A stretch of 64,000 nt of DNA from a virus: positions 1 through 64,000 of IMG/VR virus record IMGVR_UViG_3300027754_005993. One strand, written 5' to 3'. Below the pieces are notes generated by a model. It worked only from the letters and a program-made list of their open reading frames with translations. It was not told the DNA's origin and made no database searches. Numbering within the stretch: the stretch's first letter is position 1; the number at the start of each line of letters is the position of its first letter. Shown here one piece after another: positions 56,805 through 64,000 of the stretch. The position numbers and the translations under genes were made by a program.

Positions 56805-57728
56805 ATGGCAACAAATCCATATTTCAACGAATATATCGGAGAACAAGATCTACTCATTGACTTGACGGTTGAAACCATCAAGGCTACGGGTAGAGATATG
56901 ATTTATATACCTAGAGAATATGTCAATAAAGATGTTATCTTTGGAGAGGATGTGCTATCGCAATTTAAGGACTCTTATACAATTGAAATGTACATTCAGT
57001 CTGTTACATCTTTCGGTGGACAGATGAACATCATCAATAAATTTGGTATCAACATTACTGATAAAGTAACTCTACAAGTAGCAAAAAGAAGATTTGATGA
57101 AGAAGTGGTTGCTAGAGACTCAACCATCACACATCCACGCGAAGGCGATTTAATCTATTTTCCATTCAATAAAAGTTTGTTTGAAATAAATTATGTTGAA
57201 GATAAAATGCCATTTTTCCAATTTGGAATTCTGACAACCTATACACTCACATGCGAACTCTTCACTTATTCTTATGAAACAATAAACACTGGTATTGCTA
57301 CTGTAGATGAAGTAGAAGAAAAGAGAAAATACAATATGTACGAATTCCAAATTTCAGGAGCTCCAATTACGGGATCTATAGTATTTAAACGAGGAGATAC
57401 TGTTTATCAAGTTTATGGAGTAACTGGTGCTGGAGTCACATACTCTAATGCTACAGCGGAAGCAACACTTGTTGAAATTACAGGAGCATATGCGTATATG
57501 AAAGGTATAAGTGGAATATTTGCAACAGGTCCAAGTGGTATACAATCTGTCAAGAATACAACTACAGGAACAGAATATTACCTACTGAATTACAATACAA
57601 CAAATGTGAATCTTTCAGTTGACCCAATTGCTGGAGTTAATGAGATTGAAAATGATATCTACGCAGAAGCAGCGGACAACGAACTTAATTTTAGCAGAGA
57701 TAATCCATTCTCAGAGGAATGCTCATAA
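56805..57728 (+). CDS. gp14: Neck protein gp14
   Basis: EQDLL.DL..E.IK..G.D..YIPR, PREGDLIYFP, FEINYVE...FFQ.G, CELF.YS. Confidence 0.93.
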   Translation: MATNPYFNEYIGEQDLLIDLTVETIKATGRDMIYIPREYVNKDVIFGEDVLSQFKDSYTIEMYIQSVTSFGGQMNIINKFGINITDKVTLQVAKRRFDEEVVARDSTITHPREGDLIYFPFNKSLFEINYVEDKMPFFQFGILTTYTLTCELFTYSYETINTGIATVDEVEEKRKYNMYEFQISGAPITGSIVFKRGDTVYQVYGVTGAGVTYSNATAEATLVEITGAYAYMKGISGIFATGPSGIQSVKNTTTGTEYYLLNYNTTNVNLSVDPIAGVNEIENDIYAEAADNELNFSRDNPFSEECS

Positions 57729-58477
57729 TGTTTAAGGTAGGTCAATCATATTATAATGAATCCATTAGAAAGGTAGTTTTAACCTTTGGTTCTATATTTG
57801 AATCTGTGTATATTACTCGTTATAATGTAGATGGTACAGAAAAAGAAAAAATACGAGTTCCTTTGAGTTATGGAAGCAAGGAAAAATTCTTCTGGAGACT
57901 GTCGCAAGAGAGCAGTCTGTCAAAGAATAGTAGAGTTGAAATTGTTCTTCCAAAAATGGGATTTGAAATTACAACATTGATTTATGATCCAAGTAGAAAA
58001 TTAAATAGAACTTTACAACGAACAAATATTGTTGATGGAAGTGTTTTGAAAGCATATGCTGAAGTTCCTTATATTATAAATTTTGCTCTCTATGTTTTTA
58101 CCAGAAACATGGATGATATGTTACAAGTCATTGAACAAATAGTTCCATATTTTGCTCCAGACTACACAGTAACTGTAAAGATGAATAATTTGAATGAAAC
58201 TGTTGATATTCCATTCGTATTAAATAGTGTAAATATAGATGAAAATTATGAAGGAACTTTTGATACAAGACGATCTCTTATAAGTTCATTTGATTTTTCA
58301 GCAAAAACTTACATCTACCCAAATATTTGTGGTGGAACTGGTGGACTGATCTTGAGAACTGATATAAACATGTATGATGGTGAAGAAGTTGCTGGAAGTG
58401 AATACTGGGGTGATGTTGGATATACTGGTGATTATATTACAGGTTCAAGTACTGCTGTGCCTGGAGAGTGGCCATGA
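57728..58477 (+). CDS. gp15: Tail sheath stabilizer/terminator gp15
   Basis: YNESIRK...FG..F, VPLSYGSKEKF, LPKMGFE, EQIVPYF.P. Confidence 0.93.
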   Translation: MFKVGQSYYNESIRKVVLTFGSIFESVYITRYNVDGTEKEKIRVPLSYGSKEKFFWRLSQESSLSKNSRVEIVLPKMGFEITTLIYDPSRKLNRTLQRTNIVDGSVLKAYAEVPYIINFALYVFTRNMDDMLQVIEQIVPYFAPDYTVTVKMNNLNETVDIPFVLNSVNIDENYEGTFDTRRSLISSFDFSAKTYIYPNICGGTGGLILRTDINMYDGEEVAGSEYWGDVGYTGDYITGSSTAVPGEWP

Positions 58478-58950
58478 GTGACGAAAAACTAACAGCAGAA
58501 GAAAAGTTATCTGAGGTTCTGGACATAGAAATTTTGCCCAAGGAAGAACCAAAGACTATAGTTCAATCTGAAATCTTCATAAAAGAAGTAAAGATAAAAC
58601 GAAAAGACCAAGTGCGACAGGATTATGATTCTGCTCGTAAAAATATGAAAGAACTCATAAATCGTGGATTTGAAGCTCTAGATGGAGTTATGAGGGTAGC
58701 AGAGGCGGGCGATTCTCCTAGAGCATATGAGGTCGCCTCTATTCTTATGAAAACTGTAAGTGAGATTAACACCGATCTAATGGGTATTCACAAAACTACT
58801 GCGGAAGCATTAGGCGTAAATAAAGTCGTAAAGACCACCACAAATAATTCAATATTTGTTGGATCTACTCGCGATCTTCAAAATATTATTAATCAGTCTC
58901 GTAGTCAATTGAAGGCGATACCAACCGAAGAAGTGGAATATGACAGCTAA
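58474..58950 (+). CDS. gp16: Terminase small subunit gp16
   Basis: DY..AR.N...LI..G.EAL...A....SPRAYEV, NNSIFVGST.DLQ. Confidence 0.92.
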   Translation: MSDEKLTAEEKLSEVLDIEILPKEEPKTIVQSEIFIKEVKIKRKDQVRQDYDSARKNMKELINRGFEALDGVMRVAEAGDSPRAYEVASILMKTVSEINTDLMGIHKTTAEALGVNKVVKTTTNNSIFVGSTRDLQNIINQSRSQLKAIPTEEVEYDS

Positions 58951-60667
58951 AAAAGATGGTTATCTTGGTAATCCAAATTTAAAACCCGTAGGTGTGCAAC
59001 AACAATTCACACCAAATCAGGTAAAAGAATATATTAAGTGTGCAGCAGAACCTGCCTACTTTGTGGAAAAATATGTAAAGATTGTAGCAGTAGATAAGGG
59101 TCTTGTTCCTTTTGCAATGTATAACTTTCAGAAAGACCTTATTGATATACTACATCATAATAGATTCGTAATAGGAAAGTTACCTCGTCAGGTAGGTAAG
59201 ACTACCACCGTAGGTGCTTACCTTTTACATTATGTTCTATTCAATCAAAATATGAATGTTGCAATTCTTGCAAACAAACAATCTACTGCCATTGAAATTT
59301 TAGGCAGAATTAAGATGGCATATGAATATTTGCCTAAGTGGTTGCAGCAAGGCGTAATTGAATGGAATAAGGGTTCTATTGTTCTGGAAAACGGATCAAA
59401 GATTCTAGCAAGTGCCACCTCTTCGTCTGCAATCCGTGGCGGTTCATTTAATTGCATCCTGCTCGACGAATTTGCCCACATTCCTACCCAAATTGCTGAA
59501 GAGTTCTTCACCTCAGTGTATCCAACCATCACTTCTGGTCAATCTACCAAGATGTTCATCATCTCCACCCCAAACGGTCTTAATATGTTTTATTATTACT
59601 GGAAGGGTGCTATAAACAATCAAAATGGTTATGTGCCATTTGAAGTTCATTGGAGTCAGGTTCCAAAATATCCAGGTGGTCCACTCAGAGATGATAAGTG
59701 GAAAGAGGATATGATAATCAAGACTTCCGAGAAACAGTTTGAACAAGAGTTCGAATGTGACTTCTTGGGCAGTTCCAATACTTTGATATCATCTGCTAAA
59801 TTACACACTTTGGTATATAACAAACCAATTTTAAGAACCAAAGATGGAATGTGTGTATATCAGGAACCACAGAGAAAAGACCCCGATGTGGAAAAATCTC
59901 AGGATCATCTTTATTTTATAACTGCCGATGTCGCAGAAGGTCAAGGCAAAGACTATACCGCTATGACCGTAATAGATGTAACTGAATTCCCATACAGGGT
60001 AATTGCCACCTATAAAAACAATACAGTATCACCCCTTCTATTCGCATCAGTTCTTAGAACAGTTGCCAAGAAGTATAATAACGCATATGTTCTAGTTGAG
60101 ATTAATAGCATAGGCACGGAAGTTGCCAATATATTACACACCGATCTAGAATATGAAAATATAGTTAAAACCACCATGATGGGTAGAAAGGGTCAAATTA
60201 TTACAGAGGGATTTGGTCCTGGAAAAAAGATACAGATGGGTGTTAAAACTTCAGTATTGACTAAAAAGGTTGGATGTCAAGTACTAAAGAACATGATTGA
60301 AGAAGATAAACTCATTGTTGAAGATGCCGACATTATCTCAGAATTTACAACATTTATCTCCAAAAAACAAAGTTTTGGAGCAGATGAAGGACATAATGAC
60401 GACTTAGTGATGTGTTTAGTTTTATTTTCATGGGCGACTCGTCAACAGTATTTCAAGAATTTGACCGATATGGATGTTAGACTTGCGATGTATCAGCAAG
60501 ATATTGAGAAAATTGAAGAAGATATGTTACCTTTTGGTTATTTTCTTGACGGAATCGAAGATTTTGAAGATGAGGCAGAAGACAAAAAATGGGGTATGTC
60601 TTCAGAAAATTGGCTTATAACAGATAAAAAAAATTATAACTTGCCATGGGATTCGTATAAAAAATAG
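58940..60667 (+). CDS. gp17: Terminase large subunit gp17
   Basis: YLGNPNLK, PRQVGKTT Walker A, ILLDEFA Walker B, STPNG, DVAEG.G.DY, HNDDLVM. Confidence 0.97.
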   Translation: MTAKKDGYLGNPNLKPVGVQQQFTPNQVKEYIKCAAEPAYFVEKYVKIVAVDKGLVPFAMYNFQKDLIDILHHNRFVIGKLPRQVGKTTTVGAYLLHYVLFNQNMNVAILANKQSTAIEILGRIKMAYEYLPKWLQQGVIEWNKGSIVLENGSKILASATSSSAIRGGSFNCILLDEFAHIPTQIAEEFFTSVYPTITSGQSTKMFIISTPNGLNMFYYYWKGAINNQNGYVPFEVHWSQVPKYPGGPLRDDKWKEDMIIKTSEKQFEQEFECDFLGSSNTLISSAKLHTLVYNKPILRTKDGMCVYQEPQRKDPDVEKSQDHLYFITADVAEGQGKDYTAMTVIDVTEFPYRVIATYKNNTVSPLLFASVLRTVAKKYNNAYVLVEINSIGTEVANILHTDLEYENIVKTTMMGRKGQIITEGFGPGKKIQMGVKTSVLTKKVGCQVLKNMIEEDKLIVEDADIISEFTTFISKKQSFGADEGHNDDLVMCLVLFSWATRQQYFKNLTDMDVRLAMYQQDIEKIEEDMLPFGYFLDGIEDFEDEAEDKKWGMSSENWLITDKKNYNLPWDSYKK

Positions 60668-60707
60668 TTTAGGGCATTTAAAATATTAAAAGTAGAATTT
60701 AACTACA

Positions 60708-60715
60708 TATAAATA
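60708..60715 (+). promoter_or_regulatory. T4-type late promoter TATAAATA for gp18
   Basis: Exact consensus followed by aaggag RBS. Confidence 0.8.
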
Positions 60716-60741
60716 GCAACTTAAACCAAGGAGAGAAGAAC

Positions 60742-61953
60742 ATGCCAAGACCAAATATAAGTTTTAGAGTAAATGATGAATCTATGGTGGTTCCGATCAC
60801 TGAAGGATTTTCCACAACTATTGGTGCTGTATACAACCCAACACTCAGTATGAAATCGTTAGCAGGAAACACAAATGAAAGAGATCTAGGATACTATTTA
60901 GTACCTAATATTTCTGACTGGTATGGTCGGTTAACTGACTTTATCATCAGAACAGACGGTGGACTTTCAGCATCATCAGGAATCACATTTTATAGTCCTG
61001 GATATTGTGCTTCCACTTATCTAAATGGATTATATGCTGGCACTGGAATTTGTGGAGGATTCTCTGCGGAATGGTGGGCAATAAACAACTTTCTTCAATA
61101 CGGATCAGCCTGCTATGTTGGATTCGGAAATGGATTGGCAGGAGTAACAGCATTCTATAATATAGGATTTGATGTTATGTTTCAAGGAGCACCAGGAGGA
61201 CTTTATCCAACAGCAGTGACAACTGTAATTGATGTTAAGTCTAGCACAGATCAACCAGCAATTGGTGTTCTTGGCCTAACTTCTTCTGCTAACGCATTTA
61301 CTACAGCTCCAACTAAACCAGCAACAAATAAAGATTACACCATAGTCTATGGTGAAAAATTACATTTAGACACTACAGGGTTGTATACAATTGAAACTTC
61401 GCTTGCTCCAGATGTTGCTGGGTGTATAGTTCGCACAGATAGAGATTTTTATCCATGGTTCTCACCAGCTGGTGCTAGAAGAGGAAGAATCCTCAATGTT
61501 CTTCGTTTAAAGAGAGCACTTTCTCCAATTGAACAAGATATTCTCTACGATGCTGGAATTAATCCAGTTGTAACTTTTGCGGGAGAAGGAACAATTCTCT
61601 TTGGAGATAAGACAGGAGAACCTGCAACATCTTCGCTGTCGAGAATAAATGTTTCAAGACTGTACATGTACATCAAAAAGGCACTAGCACCAGTTGCTCG
61701 CTCTATACTTTTTGAGCAAAATGATGCTGTAACTCGCTCTGGGTTTAAGATTGCTGCCGAAGGATTCTTAGATAGAATTGTTGGACAACGAGGTATTACA
61801 GAGTATAGAGTAATTTGTGATCAGTCCAACAACACACCAGCAGTAGTTCAAGCAAATTACTTTGTTGCTGATATTTTAGTTAAACCAATTACTTCTATTA
61901 ATTATGTCAGAATAACCCTAACAAATAAAGATCTGTCAGCAGTATTACCATAA
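60742..61953 (+). CDS. gp18: Tail sheath protein gp18 (compact)
   Basis: NFLQYG, WFSPAG.RRG, INPVVTF.GEG.ILFGDKT, RINV.RL, FEQND. Confidence 0.93.
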   Translation: MPRPNISFRVNDESMVVPITEGFSTTIGAVYNPTLSMKSLAGNTNERDLGYYLVPNISDWYGRLTDFIIRTDGGLSASSGITFYSPGYCASTYLNGLYAGTGICGGFSAEWWAINNFLQYGSACYVGFGNGLAGVTAFYNIGFDVMFQGAPGGLYPTAVTTVIDVKSSTDQPAIGVLGLTSSANAFTTAPTKPATNKDYTIVYGEKLHLDTTGLYTIETSLAPDVAGCIVRTDRDFYPWFSPAGARRGRILNVLRLKRALSPIEQDILYDAGINPVVTFAGEGTILFGDKTGEPATSSLSRINVSRLYMYIKKALAPVARSILFEQNDAVTRSGFKIAAEGFLDRIVGQRGITEYRVICDQSNNTPAVVQANYFVADILVKPITSINYVRITLTNKDLSAVLP

Positions 61954-61975
61954 ATAGAAAAAGAGGTAAATTAGA

Positions 61976-62530
61976 ATGGCAAGTTTAAACGAATTCAGAA
62001 GTAACTTTTTTGGTGTAAGACCAAATCGTTTTATGGTCCAAGCGAATTGGCCATCGGGGGTTCCATCACCTCCAAATGTTAATGACCTCTTCATTTATGT
62101 TAAAGGTGCGGATTTACCAGGTTCTACCATAGGAACCATAAATGTCGCTTGGCAAGGCAGAGTAATTAAGTTCTCAGGTGAACGAAATTATTCCGATTGG
62201 GTTATAAATGTTTACGATTCCAATGTGCCAACAAAGGATCTAAGAACGGGATTTGAGCGTTGGATGGAAGTAATGGATGGTAGAAATACTCACCAAATTA
62301 ATTATAACTTGGTAAGTGACTGGATCATTCGTTATAGCGATGTAACAATTGGTGAACAATCTACTCCGTCAAACACTCAAAGTCCAAATAATTTTAATAA
62401 AGCAGTTAAATTGAAGAATTGTTTCCCAACAGATATTGGTCCAATTACATTGAACTATGATGTTGCCGATACATTCAGTGAATTTACAGTACAACTTGCG
62501 TATGATTATTGGGAACCAGTGGATTCGTGA
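61976..62530 (+). CDS. gp19: Tail tube protein gp19
   Basis: RPNRF.V, LPGST.G...V.WQGR..K..G.R.Y.DW, FPT.IG.I.L.YD, EFTV...YDYW. Confidence 0.93.
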   Translation: MASLNEFRSNFFGVRPNRFMVQANWPSGVPSPPNVNDLFIYVKGADLPGSTIGTINVAWQGRVIKFSGERNYSDWVINVYDSNVPTKDLRTGFERWMEVMDGRNTHQINYNLVSDWIIRYSDVTIGEQSTPSNTQSPNNFNKAVKLKNCFPTDIGPITLNYDVADTFSEFTVQLAYDYWEPVDS

Positions 62531-62547
62531 TTTATAAGGATTAATAA

Positions 62548-64000
62548 ATGGCATTTGATATTTTTGGTTTTTCTTTTGGCAGAAAAGATGAGGGATTATT
62601 CCCAGATGGTGGGTTGACGGGTTCATCTCCGTCAACCCTATCTTTTACTGCACCTGAAAATTATGATGGAACGCAAGTACTTGAAACAGGTGGATTTATG
62701 TCCTCTGTTTATGACTTTGGCGGTTCTTTCATAGATGAAAATTCTTTGGTACGGCAATACCGTGGTATGTCGCTTTATCCAGAAGTTGATATGGCAATTG
62801 AAGATATAGTAACTCAAGCAATAACTTATGATAAGCAAAACATATCACTTAGATTAGATTTGAACAATACTGAATTGTCTGATAATATTAAATCCAAGAT
62901 TAATTTAGAATTTATCAATATTTTGAAACTGTTAGATTTTAAGAACAGAGGATATGATATTTTTAGAAGATGGTATGTGGATGGACGAGTATATTTTCAA
63001 AATATTATTGATATGGAACATCCAGAAAAAGGCATCCTTGAACTTAGAGCAATAGATCCTATAAAGATCAGAAAAATCAGAAAAGTTCAAAAGGAAATAA
63101 AAAGAGTAAACAATACTACTGTTCCTATTGTTAAGAAAGTGGAAGAATATTTTGTATATACTGATTTTGAAATGAGTTCTGTAGCAACTTCAGCAACATC
63201 AAATGTTGGTGTTAAGATTGAAGTTGATGCAATCACATACGCACATTCAGGATTGGTTGACCAGACCTCTAAGAGAATCGTAGGATTCTTACACAAGGCA
63301 ATTCGTCCATTGAACATGCTTCGTCAGACCGAAGATGCGATGGTCGTATATCGCCTCGCTCGCGCTCCAGAGCGTAGAGTGTTTTATATTGATGTAGGAA
63401 ATCTGCCTAAACAAAAGGCAGAAGAATACATTAAGACTCTGATGACTCGCTATCGTAATAAACTTACATACGATTCTGCTACAGGAGACATCAAGGATCA
63501 AAAAAACCATATGTCAATGTTAGAAGACTATTGGTTGCCTCGTAGAGAAGGTGGTAAGGGAACTGAGATTCAGACTCTTCCAGGTGGACAAAATCTTGGA
63601 GCAATGGAAGATGTTGAATATCTTCTGCGTAAGGTATACCGAGCACTCAATGTTCCACTGACCCGAATGGAAGTTCAAAGCGGATTCAATCTTGGTCGCA
63701 GCAGCGAAATCACAAGAGATGAAGTTAAATTCTATAAGTTCATAGAGCGTCTTCAGAATAAATTTAGCAATATGTTCATAGACATTCTCAAGAAGCAATG
63801 TATTCTTCGTGGAATTCTAACTCCAGAAGATTGGAAGAATATATATCAAGATATCAACATAGTTTATAGCAAGGATTCATATTTTACCGAACTCAAGGAA
63901 AATGAAATTCTTAATGAACGAGTTAATATGTTGAATGTCCTTGGAAATTATAATGGCATGTTCTTCTCAACGAATTATATTAGAAGAAACATTCTAAAGC
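62548..64000 (+). CDS. gp20: Portal protein gp20 (runs off window end)
   Basis: MAFDIFGFSF...YRGMSLYPEVD.AIEDIV, RRWYVDGR, RAPERRVFYIDVGNLPK.KAEEY, MLEDYWLPRREGGKGTEI. Confidence 0.95.
   Translation, partial: MAFDIFGFSFGRKDEGLFPDGGLTGSSPSTLSFTAPENYDGTQVLETGGFMSSVYDFGGSFIDENSLVRQYRGMSLYPEVDMAIEDIVTQAITYDKQNISLRLDLNNTELSDNIKSKINLEFINILKLLDFKNRGYDIFRRWYVDGRVYFQNIIDMEHPEKGILELRAIDPIKIRKIRKVQKEIKRVNNTTVPIVKKVEEYFVYTDFEMSSVATSATSNVGVKIEVDAITYAHSGLVDQTSKRIVGFLHKAIRPLNMLRQTEDAMVVYRLARAPERRVFYIDVGNLPKQKAEEYIKTLMTRYRNKLTYDSATGDIKDQKNHMSMLEDYWLPRREGGKGTEIQTLPGGQNLGAMEDVEYLLRKVYRALNVPLTRMEVQSGFNLGRSSEITRDEVKFYKFIERLQNKFSNMFIDILKKQCILRGILTPEDWKNIYQDINIVYSKDSYFTELKENEILNERVNMLNVLGNYNGMFFSTNYIRRNILK

Noticed and set aside
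58940-60667. Intein or intron in terminase
   Set aside because: Length (575 aa) and motif spacing are normal; no splicing motifs
62369-63798. Several short minus-strand ORFs
   Set aside because: Shadows of gp19 and of portal gp20, which the track omits because it runs off the window
1-64000. Stop-codon reassignment
   Set aside because: Core genes are full length in the standard code and no suppressor tRNA was found

Overview
This window is an AT-rich segment of a T4-like (myovirus) phage genome. The right two-thirds (~23.3-64 kb) is the conserved T4-type module: gp33, gp32, gp26/gp51-like, gp54/19-like, gp4, gp48, gp53, a 1912-aa gp27-like hub, gp25, gp6, gp7, gp8, Cys-rich/collagen-like fibre proteins, gp13-gp19 and the start of portal gp20. 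The middle (~9.6-23 kb) is an accessory region with near-consensus sigma70 promoters, 7 tRNAs (including a rare Ile-UAU), a DenV-like glycosylase, GroES and rmlA/rmlB. The most striking feature is at 1-9.6 kb: a tandem array of about 11 mostly unrelated, His-rich genes. Nearly all begin with the same ~10-residue tag (MKSFKQ[FY]ITE-like), which resembles the T4 internal-protein capsid-targeting sequence and ends in the [IL]-x-E prohead-protease site. The tag is conserved at DNA level (up to 39 bp identical), recurs inside two paralogues in front of a second cargo, and occurs on two dispersed genes. Direct repeats bracket single genes. I interpret this as a modular, recombination-shuffled library of capsid-packaged, co-injected effectors (Nudix, GNAT-like, RyR-like, HsdS-like cargo). 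Other highlights are a probable -1 frameshift joining gp26 to a gp51-like ORF, an RBS-sequestering hairpin around the gp13 late promoter, and several hints of a Planctomycetota (Phycisphaerae) host. All family calls come from motif recognition by eye; no database searches were run.
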